From IMG/VR virus record IMGVR_UViG_3300043467_001216: 64,000 nucleotides of DNA; one strand, 5' to 3'. The notes under the pieces are model-generated. The model saw only the letters and a list, made by a program, of their open reading frames with translations, searched no databases and was not told the DNA's origin. This DNA comes from a virus (lineage: Duplodnaviria > Heunggongvirae > Uroviricota > Caudoviricetes). Positions 10,368-19,307 of this stretch are shown here, piece by piece. The position numbers and the translations under genes were made by a program. Within the stretch, counting starts at the first letter, position 1; each line of letters starts with the position of its first letter.

Positions 10368-11234
10368 TTAATTAGTTTTATTTCTTAGTATATTACCCTT
10401 AATTATTGGAACATGATTTTCATCAACATCAATTCTAGTTACGGTTAATTTTAAGTCACCATTTATTTTGTCATTACATAAATCAATCAAACTCCTTTTT
10501 CTAGAAATTAAAAAACGTAACGATATTCTTTCTTTACTATTTTTAGTTGGTTGTGTCCCATGTAATAAACACGAATGCCAAAAATAACACGTACCTACAT
10601 CACCTGTTAAAACCAATTCTTCAGTTATTTGAGTCCCATTATATATGTAACTTTTATTATCTTCCGATGTTAAATCGTGTGGAAATGTGTGACATCCTTG
10701 GATATGGGTTTTAGGTAAAATGTATAATGGTGCGTCATTTTCACTAACATCATCTAAATAAACATAAAGTGTGATAAAATCAGTAACTCTATCTTTATAA
10801 TCTATAATGTCTTGATGGTAATCAATACCGTGAAAATAGGTTATATCTCTATATTCAGGTTTTATAAAAGCACCTAAATTAGGGATTGCATTCATATGTA
10901 TTTCTTCTTTAACATATTCAGGTAACCACGATTCAGGTACACCACAAATAACTTTAGGAAACATCATTTCAAAACCGTCACCTAAAACTTCAGTTATTTC
11001 ATCTTTTATTTCATCAATAATTAAGTCAATATTTAATTTCTCAGTTAAATTCCTACCAGGTTTTGGATTTGTCCCCCATCTAACTGTTTGGTTATTAAAC
11101 TCAGACTCATCTAAAAATAAATTAGGTCCGAAAATCCTATTATTTTTAATAATACTTAAAGACTCTTCGCATAATTCTTTTGAAATATTTTTTAATTTAA
11201 AAAATCCGTTTTCGATAAAAAATTCAGTATTCAT
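10368..11234 (-). CDS. 2OG-Fe(II) dioxygenase, PhyH family
   Basis: 'FFIENGF' start, HQD (HxD), 'YVYLDDV', distal 'LLHG', 'RISL'. Confidence 0.85.
   Translation of the reverse strand: MNTEFFIENGFFKLKNISKELCEESLSIIKNNRIFGPNLFLDESEFNNQTVRWGTNPKPGRNLTEKLNIDLIIDEIKDEITEVLGDGFEMMFPKVICGVPESWLPEYVKEEIHMNAIPNLGAFIKPEYRDITYFHGIDYHQDIIDYKDRVTDFITLYVYLDDVSENDAPLYILPKTHIQGCHTFPHDLTSEDNKSYIYNGTQITEELVLTGDVGTCYFWHSCLLHGTQPTKNSKERISLRFLISRKRSLIDLCNDKINGDLKLTVTRIDVDENHVPIIKGNILRNKTN
11202..11234. repeat. 33-bp direct repeat, copy 1 (5' end of the dioxygenase gene)
   Basis: aaatccgttttcgataaaaaattcagtattcat is identical to 12426..12458. Confidence 0.9.
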
Positions 11235-11283
11235 TTTATTTATTTATTTATTTATTTATTTATTCCTTTATATTAAAACAACA

Positions 11284-12408
11284 TTACCGGTGTAACATTT
11301 TATTGTTTATGAAATTAAAAATTTTTTCTTGATTATTATCGTAATCAAAATAGTCTTTAAAATAATCTTGACATTGATTTGATTTCTTGTTTAAGATTTC
11401 AACATCTTCAAATAATAATTTTATAATAGGTATTGAATCTTTATAATCATTTACTATGTAAAATTCATCATCAGTTAATGGTTTATATTCGTTTTTTATA
11501 TTATCAGGGTCAGTAGTTATTAACACACACCCTCTAATTACCGAATCTAAACCTAATGGCCACCCATTAAATGCTTCTTTTGTTGATAAATTAATATAAA
11601 TATCAACATTTTTCTCATAAAAATCAAGCAGAGAAATATAATCCATTGGACCATAAGTTGAGTTGTTATTACCTATAGTGATAAATCTAACATTATCATT
11701 AGGATATAATGATGAATATTCTGAAGATAATAAATGGTACTCAGTTAAACCCTTTTCATTCGCCGGACCCATACTTGAAAAACAAACAGTGAAGTCTCGG
11801 TTATCCCTATTTTTAGATTTGACAAATTTTTCATTTTTACCCATTAATGGGGCAGTCCAAGCATTAATAAAATTAGTATGGTTATTTAATTCTATTTTTT
11901 TAGTTGTTACTGGATGTGTTGAAATTAAATTAACGTCATTAGGTAATCGAGTAACGTCACCAAAAAATCCCCCACCTGGATATAAATGAATAAATTGTTT
12001 ATTTATATCATAATTAAACACTTGATTAAAACGGTCATAACACATCAAAAATATATGATAAATAAAATCATAAGAACTCAAATCAAAAACATTTTTTTTC
12101 GTTATCAAATATGAAAAACCATTATTTGTATTATACTGAGTACCATCCAGATTTGAGTTCCACATATTTATAAAGTTATATTTATTATCAAAAATAAGAA
12201 TATTATAATCTTGCAATAAGCCATCTGAGTTAATAAATTCCCAATCAAAATCGAAGGTAATACCCGCGTAACTGTTTACTTTACTAACTAAAATGTCAAC
12301 ATCATATTCTTGAATAAAATTTTTTATTTCTACGTTCCTCCATATAGAATATCTGTTTGGGAATAAAATATCAACAATTAATCCTCTATAATTTTTACTC
12401 ATTTTCAT
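11284..12408 (-). CDS. GT-B-fold glycosyltransferase-like protein
   Basis: 'EKGL', 'FYEKNVDIYINLS..EAFNGWPLGLDSVIRGCVLITTD'. Confidence 0.65.
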   Translation of the reverse strand: MKMSKNYRGLIVDILFPNRYSIWRNVEIKNFIQEYDVDILVSKVNSYAGITFDFDWEFINSDGLLQDYNILIFDNKYNFINMWNSNLDGTQYNTNNGFSYLITKKNVFDLSSYDFIYHIFLMCYDRFNQVFNYDINKQFIHLYPGGGFFGDVTRLPNDVNLISTHPVTTKKIELNNHTNFINAWTAPLMGKNEKFVKSKNRDNRDFTVCFSSMGPANEKGLTEYHLLSSEYSSLYPNDNVRFITIGNNNSTYGPMDYISLLDFYEKNVDIYINLSTKEAFNGWPLGLDSVIRGCVLITTDPDNIKNEYKPLTDDEFYIVNDYKDSIPIIKLLFEDVEILNKKSNQCQDYFKDYFDYDNNQEKIFNFINNKMLHR

Positions 12409-12425
12409 ATATTTTAAATTTAAAC

Positions 12426-12458
12426 AAATCCGTTTTCGATAAAAAATTCAGTATTCAT
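12426..12458. repeat. 33-bp direct repeat, copy 2; begins the orphan mini-ORF MNTEFFIENGFV*
   Basis: Identical to 11202..11234. Confidence 0.9.
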
Positions 12459-12464
12459 TATATT

Positions 12465-13175
12465 TTATTTATTTTTATATGTTAAAACAATATATTCTGA
12501 CACTTCATTATGTGTCCACAAATTATGAGCCCGATTTAATTTAAAGTTATGATACTCATTATCAACCTGATATAAATCCCAAGTTAAGTGTTTAACGTTA
12601 TTTTTTTTTGTTGCAACCCATTTTAAATCTTTACTTCTCATTTCTGAACACATTAATGAATCTAAAAATTTTATGTTTTTTATTATTTTATAATTTTTTT
12701 GCTTAATTGTTATAAAATGAACACCGGTGTTTGTGTTTATATAATCTTCGTGTATTGATATTGGTGCTGGAATCCAACCATTAGAACCTGGAACATTCGG
12801 TAAGTTATCCAAACATAATGAGGACGCACAAACACCAACATCTTCATAATCCAAAATTAAATAAATTTCATCTAATAATAGTTTAGAATTTGTAACAAGT
12901 AAATCACAATCAGAAAATGTTATATATTCGTAGGTTTCAAACAAATTCTCATAATCTTTTTTAATAATATCAACTGAGTTGTTGGTGATATTTTTTTCAA
13001 AACGAATGTGCCCTATAAGGTTTTGTTTTTTAAAATACGATTCAATCTTATCTGAGTTTTCTGAGAAATTCTCAACGATAAAAAAGTCCAAAGGTAAATT
13101 TTTTACCGATTCAAAACACTCAACTATATGTTCAAAATTATTGTAACATATAAATACACAAATATGTTTATTCAC
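12465..13175 (-). CDS. GT-A-fold glycosyltransferase-like protein (likely GTG start at 13175)
   Basis: 'VFICYNN..IVENFS..FSDCDL' DxD; GTG overlaps the upstream stop codon. Confidence 0.65.
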   Translation of the reverse strand: MNKHICVFICYNNFEHIVECFESVKNLPLDFFIVENFSENSDKIESYFKKQNLIGHIRFEKNITNNSVDIIKKDYENLFETYEYITFSDCDLLVTNSKLLLDEIYLILDYEDVGVCASSLCLDNLPNVPGSNGWIPAPISIHEDYINTNTGVHFITIKQKNYKIIKNIKFLDSLMCSEMRSKDLKWVATKKNNVKHLTWDLYQVDNEYHNFKLNRAHNLWTHNEVSEYIVLTYKNK

Positions 13176-13800
13176 CAATGTATATTTTAAATTTAGACAA
13201 ATCCGGATATGGTAATTCCAAATCCTCATTATGTTTAGGTGTACCATCAAAGTTGTAAAATTGTTTCATAAGTAAAACTCCTCTGGCCGCTAACTCAGGC
13301 ATCATATAAAAATTCCAACCAATCATGTCAAAATGGTCATCGTGATAAGAACATTCTCTTCTCCCACTATATCTAGCCCGTTTAAACCACAAATAAGCGT
13401 CATAATCATCAGTTAGTATTGCACCACCCTTTGATAATTTAAAGTGTTTATATGGACCCGTGAATGAAATACACATATGGGTATTTGGTTTATACATATT
13501 ATGGGTAAAGGATAATGCCGAATCCCAAACTTTTGTAGGACTTAATTGATACGAACCCTTTAATGTTTTACCTTCAACTTGTTTAAATTTAACCTTACCA
13601 CCAGCGTGAATTATCTCACAAGGAACTGAAGGATAAGTACGACAAGGTATTTCAATTTCAAGACCTTTTACTTTTTCATACATTAACGATAAAAACAAGG
13701 CGTTACTTTGATTATCAACTGTAACAACATAAGGTGCTCCCGTGTAGTCGGAAAGGTCTTTTTCAAAATCTTCGGTTATTTTATAAATCCCGTTTGACAT
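13168..13800 (-). CDS. DegT/DnrJ/EryC1/StrS PLP-dependent sugar aminotransferase, short form
   Basis: 'FEKDLSDYTGAPY', DSA, 'SFTGPYKHF..KGGAILTDD' with PLP lysine, GWNFYM. Confidence 0.85.
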   Translation of the reverse strand: MSNGIYKITEDFEKDLSDYTGAPYVVTVDNQSNALFLSLMYEKVKGLEIEIPCRTYPSVPCEIIHAGGKVKFKQVEGKTLKGSYQLSPTKVWDSALSFTHNMYKPNTHMCISFTGPYKHFKLSKGGAILTDDYDAYLWFKRARYSGRRECSYHDDHFDMIGWNFYMMPELAARGVLLMKQFYNFDGTPKHNEDLELPYPDLSKFKIYIGE

Positions 13801-13943
13801 ATGTTTAATTTATATTAAATAGTTTATTATTTTCATCATTTATCTCACTTAAAATTGTATTAAAATTTTTTGACATTTCAAAATAAAAAGGGGTTGCCAA
13901 ATCTTTAAGTTGATGAATATCTATAATTTCAGTTTCGGTTGGT

Positions 13944-14549
13944 TTAGATACCCGTTGAACCGAATCCATTTTCTCCTCGTTCTTTTTCGTTTATTTTTGT
14001 TTTCTTAACTAAATTAACCCATTTCCCATTAACAACAGGACATAAAACTGCTTGACCTACTTTCATCCCTTTAGGTATTGTTACTGTGTAATTATTTGTG
14101 TTAAATACAATTACTTGAACTTCTCCAACATATCCATTATCAACCGTTCCTGGTGAATTTAAAACCATTAACCCTTGTTTAAGGGCCAATCCACTTTTTG
14201 ACCTAACTTGTATTTCATAACCGTCTTTAATGTCAAAAGACAAACCCGTTGGTACTAATACTCTACCAAATGCCGGAATTTCCAAATCAGTTGTTGAGTG
14301 TAAATCAAAACCAGAATCACTGTCGTAATTGTATTTAGGTTCTACCGCATCAGTATGTGAAACCGTATATCCAAGTTCGAGTTTAGGTTGATAATTATTA
14401 AAACTTGTTTCAAGTTCTTTTAAATCAACACCCATTTTAGATAACTCAGAATTAATATCTAATTCTTCAGAATCACTAAATTCATTCCCTAATAATTTTT
14501 TAATTTCATCATCAGATAAAAAACTATTTAAATTTCCGTTAAAATCCAC
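13944..14549 (-). CDS. dut: Trimeric dUTPase with an acidic N-terminal extension
   Basis: SGFDL, RSKSGLA, PGTVDNGYVGE, RGENGFGSTG. Confidence 0.95.
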   Translation of the reverse strand: MDFNGNLNSFLSDDEIKKLLGNEFSDSEELDINSELSKMGVDLKELETSFNNYQPKLELGYTVSHTDAVEPKYNYDSDSGFDLHSTTDLEIPAFGRVLVPTGLSFDIKDGYEIQVRSKSGLALKQGLMVLNSPGTVDNGYVGEVQVIVFNTNNYTVTIPKGMKVGQAVLCPVVNGKWVNLVKKTKINEKERGENGFGSTGI

Positions 14550-15280
14550 TATTCTAATTCTTTTAATTTTATAATTATATCAATTAATACTCTAACATCA
14601 CGTTCACAGTATTCGGTGATTTCTTTTAATTTACCATCATTCCAATATGCCGTGTGTACTTTATCACCCGTAATCTCACCTTCTTTTGGTGAAGGAACAC
14701 CTAATGAAGTACAAAGTAAATCTAACGAACCTATCGCACTATAAGCACCATATTGCCAAACATCCTTAGTATCAATGGCCTTAACCTCCCAAGGTTTAGT
14801 ATCATATGACGGTAACATTGATGAAGGTGCTATCCCATTGATTATCATTCGTTTAGCCAACATTGGAATATCAAAATTCTTTAGATTGTGACCACAAATG
14901 TGAAAATCCAATTTATAACATTTATCTAACACTTTTTTACAATTACGTAATAATTCTTTTTCATCATCCCCCGAAAATGATTGTGATTTAACATCACCAT
15001 TGTCAGTAACAAACTGAACATTTACACAAACAATTTTTGCAAACTCAGGAACTAATGCGGTTCTTCTACTAAAAACCTCATTAATCCTTTTAGTTCGTTC
15101 ATCAATATTGTTTGGAGGATTAATATGGTCTTCAGGAAATCTTTTCTGAAACCAATCGTAATACTTCATAAATTGATTTGCCAATTCAGGTCTTTTTTCA
15201 AGACAAGTATCATAATCTTTTTCAATCCCAACAGTCTCAATGTCAAGAAATAAAATTTTTGTTAAAGGTATTTTTATCAT
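14549..15280 (-). CDS. Standalone PolB-type 3'-5' exonuclease (DEDDy)
   Basis: DIET ExoI, GHNLKNFD ExoII, YCERD ExoIII. Confidence 0.9.
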   Translation of the reverse strand: MIKIPLTKILFLDIETVGIEKDYDTCLEKRPELANQFMKYYDWFQKRFPEDHINPPNNIDERTKRINEVFSRRTALVPEFAKIVCVNVQFVTDNGDVKSQSFSGDDEKELLRNCKKVLDKCYKLDFHICGHNLKNFDIPMLAKRMIINGIAPSSMLPSYDTKPWEVKAIDTKDVWQYGAYSAIGSLDLLCTSLGVPSPKEGEITGDKVHTAYWNDGKLKEITEYCERDVRVLIDIIIKLKELE

Positions 15281-15282
15281 TT

Positions 15283-16500
15283 TTATTTAATTAACGATTT
15301 GTAAAATTCCGCCCTATCCTTAGTCACTTTATTTAAATCATATGTATCTTTCACCGTTTCATACAAACGATTACCCATATCCTCAATTAAGTTAGGGTTT
15401 TGAACTAATTTTTTTGTAAACTTAGCCCAATCACTATGGTTATTATGTTCATTCACTAATAAAGCATTTCCATCAACAAAGTTACCATTATTTAATGAAT
15501 GTTTCAAGTCAATTGTGTATGGACCAACATTAGAAGCTATTAAAGCTTTTTTATAAAATCCCGCTTCAATAACTTTAAGTTGTGACTTCATTCTATTAAA
15601 GATGTGATTTTTAATAGGTGCTAAAGATATGTCAAATTTAGAATAATTAATAGCATATGTATTAACAGGTAAAGTCCAAACACGTCGATACGGTAAATCT
15701 TGAAAATTTTCATAATCACCCTCCTTGAAGGTATTTAAAAATTTTAAGTATTCCTCGTCAATTATTTTATAGTTGTTTGTAAAAATTTTCTCATATTGAA
15801 CCCAAACGGTTTCTTCAGGTTTAATCGGTCTTTGTTTTTGCTCTCCTGTTTCTCTATTAAGTTCAGTCACAGTTCCTCGTGTATCAAATCCACAAATAAC
15901 GTATTGAACGTCGTCTTTAAGAGATGCGTTTTTATTAACCATACCATCTAATAATTTTAAATCGTGTAGATGTGAAGAACCACCTAACCAACCAATTCTA
16001 ATTCTATCTGATTTAGGTGTTGGTTCATTGAACTGTGGTTCTTTAGGGTTAATAGCGTTAGGGAAAACAACTACGTTTTTGTTAAATTTTTTAATTTCTT
16101 CAGCAAACACTATTGTTGTGGTTGTCACATAATCAGCAACTTTTAAGTTAGCTACTATTTTTTCGTGTAATTTATTAGCTAATATAATACTATGTATTGG
16201 GTGTTCTTTTGTTGGTAACCAATAGTCGTCGATATCAACGATAACAACAATCCCCATTGATTGTAAATTTTTAATTATCAAAGGCGATGAATCATAATCA
16301 TGCCCGATATTTCTGTGAACGTGAACTATTTGATAATTTTTCCAATAGTTTAAATCATTAATTTTTGGGTTATAATCAATATCAACGTGAAAATCTTCAC
16401 CATACATATCTTGCAAAAACGTGTGAGGGTCAACTGAACGGAATTTACCAACACCTGTTGTATCGGATGGGAGAACTAATACCTTAATTTTTTCTTTCAT
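15283..16500 (-). CDS. GT-B glycosyltransferase (GT4-like)
   Basis: DIDDYW, 'IGWLGGSSHLHDL', 'DISLAPI..FNRMKSQLKVIEAG'. Confidence 0.85.
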   Translation of the reverse strand: MKEKIKVLVLPSDTTGVGKFRSVDPHTFLQDMYGEDFHVDIDYNPKINDLNYWKNYQIVHVHRNIGHDYDSSPLIIKNLQSMGIVVIVDIDDYWLPTKEHPIHSIILANKLHEKIVANLKVADYVTTTTIVFAEEIKKFNKNVVVFPNAINPKEPQFNEPTPKSDRIRIGWLGGSSHLHDLKLLDGMVNKNASLKDDVQYVICGFDTRGTVTELNRETGEQKQRPIKPEETVWVQYEKIFTNNYKIIDEEYLKFLNTFKEGDYENFQDLPYRRVWTLPVNTYAINYSKFDISLAPIKNHIFNRMKSQLKVIEAGFYKKALIASNVGPYTIDLKHSLNNGNFVDGNALLVNEHNNHSDWAKFTKKLVQNPNLIEDMGNRLYETVKDTYDLNKVTKDRAEFYKSLIK

Positions 16501-16561
16501 AAATTTAATTTAATTATCCAAAATAATAATCATTAAATTTGTTAGAATAAAGATATCACAT

Positions 16562-16590
16562 AAAAAAACCCTCACTTTTCAGTGAGGGTT
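16562..16590 (-). terminator. Rho-independent terminator
   Basis: 10-bp stem aaccctcact/agtgagggtt, GAAA loop on the minus strand, followed by a U-run. Confidence 0.85.
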
Positions 16591-16596
16591 GTTAAG

Positions 16597-17244
16597 TTAT
16601 TTTACTTTTTTAATTTTGGTTACCTTACCTTCAAATACGTGAGAACCAACTCTAAATGTGAAGACATCGTTAGCCTTGGAAACTGATTCGGTAATTAAAC
16701 CATTTTCAGATAATACTTCTCTAACCGCCTCTCTAATCATTGTTTTTAAATCACCTGTAGGTTGGGTATATTGTTCCTGAACGGGTCTTCGTTGTGGTTG
16801 TTGTTCTCCTTTAGCATTTGTACCCATTAAACGAGACGCTTTCTCAACCAATTCATTTGAAATTTGAGCCCCACCTGATAATGGATTGTCAGGTTGATGT
16901 ATTGGATGTTCAATCATTAATTGTTTAATTGCATCAGGTAATTTTGATGACATAATTCTTTCACTAGGTGCTGGTGAATATGTTTTAGTTAAGTTTTTTT
17001 CGTTCATCGCACTCTCAGATAACAATGGGTAATCAATATCATCATTTTGTATATGTCCCATAGTCATTGACTCATTCATATATTCCTGTGGGATATTATA
17101 AGTCGCATTAGGTTGATTGTAAGTATCAACTCTTGGTGTTTCATTAATTGTTGTTGGTAAACCACCACGACCAATCTCATTATGTTTATTCATAATTTTT
17201 TTGGCGTTAACCAACTTCATCATTAAATCATTTTCATTTGTCAT
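16597..17244 (-). CDS. Hypothetical protein, possibly virion-internal
   Basis: 215-aa ORF in a late-type operon; several LxE motifs. Confidence 0.75.
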   Translation of the reverse strand: MTNENDLMMKLVNAKKIMNKHNEIGRGGLPTTINETPRVDTYNQPNATYNIPQEYMNESMTMGHIQNDDIDYPLLSESAMNEKNLTKTYSPAPSERIMSSKLPDAIKQLMIEHPIHQPDNPLSGGAQISNELVEKASRLMGTNAKGEQQPQRRPVQEQYTQPTGDLKTMIREAVREVLSENGLITESVSKANDVFTFRVGSHVFEGKVTKIKKVK

Positions 17245-17254
17245 ATTTTAAAAA

Positions 17255-17662
17255 TTAAACATTTTCATTATTAGGGTTATTATCAAAAATTGCGTTAATT
17301 ATAACTCTCGTCATACTTTTATCACCTCTAGGGTTATAACCAGGTCTCATTTCATTAAAATCCTCACCCGTTGGTTTAAATGAAAGTATCTTATCAATTC
17401 TAAAAATTCTCCATCCCGGTAATGGTTGTTCTCCTTTGTATCCTGTATGTGAAGCACCTTCATAATCCCAAGCCCTTAATATTGGGTTATCAGCCTTACT
17501 ATATCCAAAACAAACAGGTTCAATCTCACGTAATCCTCGACCACCAGGTTCATCACCATCATAGTAAATCACTATCTTCTTTCTTTTCTTAATAGCATCA
17601 ACTATCGAGTCAACTGACGCCACTTCTAAAATAAGAGATTTAAATGTATTGTAAAGTTTCAT
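17255..17662 (-). CDS. Standalone WYL-domain protein
   Basis: 'IYY..REIEPVCFG..LRAWD..WRIFRIDKI' matches the WYL pattern. Confidence 0.8.
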   Translation of the reverse strand: MKLYNTFKSLILEVASVDSIVDAIKKRKKIVIYYDGDEPGGRGLREIEPVCFGYSKADNPILRAWDYEGASHTGYKGEQPLPGWRIFRIDKILSFKPTGEDFNEMRPGYNPRGDKSMTRVIINAIFDNNPNNENV

Positions 17663-17958
17663 TACGCACTTGGTGTTGTATATGGTGATACAGATTTATA
17701 AAAGTTTAATTTTATTTCATTTTTACGTTCAACAATGTCAAGTAAAGTACCTGCCGATTCATTATGAACATCTAAATCACCACCTGTACCTCTACCTCTA
17801 GCATCACCATCAGCTAACGCATCAGGATTAACTGCCGAATATAAGTTACCTGTTTGGTTATAATCATTTTTAGGGATTAATCTTTTTCTTTCTGTTTCTG
17901 CAATTTCTGACAATCTATTTTTAGGTTGTTCAAAATTTAATGGTTCGTTTGATGGCAT
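17662..17958 (-). CDS. Hypothetical protein
   Basis: 98-aa coupled ORF. Confidence 0.7.
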   Translation of the reverse strand: MPSNEPLNFEQPKNRLSEIAETERKRLIPKNDYNQTGNLYSAVNPDALADGDARGRGTGGDLDVHNESAGTLLDIVERKNEIKLNFYKSVSPYTTPSA

Positions 17959-17959
17959 A

Positions 17960-18430
17960 TTAAATTATTTTTTTTATTAAATCGTTTATTCTACGTAAAC
18001 TTTCTGTTACGGCTAAATCATATTTTTCAAGATTTGAGTGATGGTCTTTACTTGGTCTATTTTGATTAACAACGTTGTTTTTTTCGTGAGGAGCAATAAA
18101 TTGGTTATCCAACCCTATTGATTTAATTTCTTTAGAACGATGAACGTCACCTCTCATAGATGTTAAAGTATTGTTAACCCAATTTTTCACATAATCACCA
18201 CCATTTAAAATAAAAGGTAAATCATTTTGATGTCCATTAAAGTTATCAAACCAATTCTTCATTCTTTTTAATTGTTGGTAAGAAATATTACCTTTATCCC
18301 TCAATTCTTTATTTCGTCTAAAACCTTCAGTTGAATCGTCAGCCCCAATAGCCGAGTTAAAACATTCATCTAAATATTTAAGAACGTCTTCAGGTAAATT
18401 AACAGTATTTCCGTATAAATCTTTATTCAT
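17960..18430 (-). CDS. Hypothetical phage protein
   Basis: 156-aa coupled ORF; 'ISYQQLKRMKNWF..LNGG..W' resembles a small phage head-associated domain. Confidence 0.7.
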   Translation of the reverse strand: MNKDLYGNTVNLPEDVLKYLDECFNSAIGADDSTEGFRRNKELRDKGNISYQQLKRMKNWFDNFNGHQNDLPFILNGGDYVKNWVNNTLTSMRGDVHRSKEIKSIGLDNQFIAPHEKNNVVNQNRPSKDHHSNLEKYDLAVTESLRRINDLIKKII

Positions 18431-19253
18431 TAGATTTTAAAATTTTAATTAATTCACTAACACTAATACCTTCTTTGTCGGCAATTTTTTTAATGGTTTG
18501 TAAATTTTTTGCTAATATTTTACTAACCGGATTTGATTTTGAGATAACATCAGAATCCGATTTATTTTTTTTAGTTAAGATATCTTCAACCATTTTAACC
18601 ATTTTCTGTCTTTGTTCTTCATCAAGTTGGTCTTTCTCAACTAAACGTTGTTTTAGGAAATTACCTTTTCTTTTAATTTTAGGTAATTTACCAAATTGTT
18701 TAGCCCTTTCCTCAGCATTTTCAACACCCATCTTTTTCAAAGTTTTTACGGTGTTTTTATAATCCATATCTTCAGTTTCCTCATATCCAAACGCGTCTGA
18801 GTAATCAACTTCTGACATAACATTATCACTATCTTCAACACTTTCACCATAATAAACACGATAACCTCGTAACACAGGATTACCCGCTTGTCTAGTCATA
18901 GCAATCGTTTGGTCCATAGTTTTATGAGGAGTTAATGTTTGATTTAAATTAGGTATTCTAGATGATAACATAGTACCATCAGAATCAACTAATTCATCAA
19001 TTTCACCTGATGGTTTTTTAGTTAATTCTTTTTTAATATCACTTTTGCTATATTTCTTTTTACTTTTTAAAATTTTTCTTAAAGAGTCAACAACTTTTTT
19101 AGCATCGTTCTTTTTAAAAGATTGTTTTTCAAAATCTTTTTTAGATTCATTTAAAGTCTCACCTGTTGAATAATATAGTGTAATATTCTCACTTCCCTCC
19201 TTTAAATAGAAGTAACAATTATTACCAAAATATCCAGTATTATACTTAATCAT
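18423..19253 (-). CDS. Hypothetical protein (likely ATG at 19253)
   Basis: The longer ORF-track start overlaps the divergent gene; TATTTAT motif at 19268-19274 precedes ATG 19253. Confidence 0.75.
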   Translation of the reverse strand: MIKYNTGYFGNNCYFYLKEGSENITLYYSTGETLNESKKDFEKQSFKKNDAKKVVDSLRKILKSKKKYSKSDIKKELTKKPSGEIDELVDSDGTMLSSRIPNLNQTLTPHKTMDQTIAMTRQAGNPVLRGYRVYYGESVEDSDNVMSEVDYSDAFGYEETEDMDYKNTVKTLKKMGVENAEERAKQFGKLPKIKRKGNFLKQRLVEKDQLDEEQRQKMVKMVEDILTKKNKSDSDVISKSNPVSKILAKNLQTIKKIADKEGISVSELIKILKSNE

Positions 19254-19267
19254 CTTCTTTTTTATTA

Positions 19268-19294
19268 ATAAATACCACGATATAGAGTATTTAT
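19268..19294. promoter_or_regulatory. Back-to-back putative late promoters (TATTTAT on each strand)
   Basis: ataaata at 19268-19274 and tatttat at 19288-19294, between divergent operons. Confidence 0.6.
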
Positions 19295-19307
19295 CATAAA
19301 AAAGATT

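Noticed and set aside
10368-11234. Dioxygenase as a prolyl hydroxylase priming GT60 (Skp1-like pathway)
   Set aside because: Motifs fit the PhyH family rather than prolyl 4-hydroxylases, and it is 25 kb away among sugar-tailoring genes; not excluded but unsupported
13805-13969. 54-aa minus-strand ORF (MDSVQRVSKPTETE...) between dUTPase and DegT
   Set aside because: Start lies inside dUTPase and there is no recognisable motif; may be a gene remnant but is unsupported
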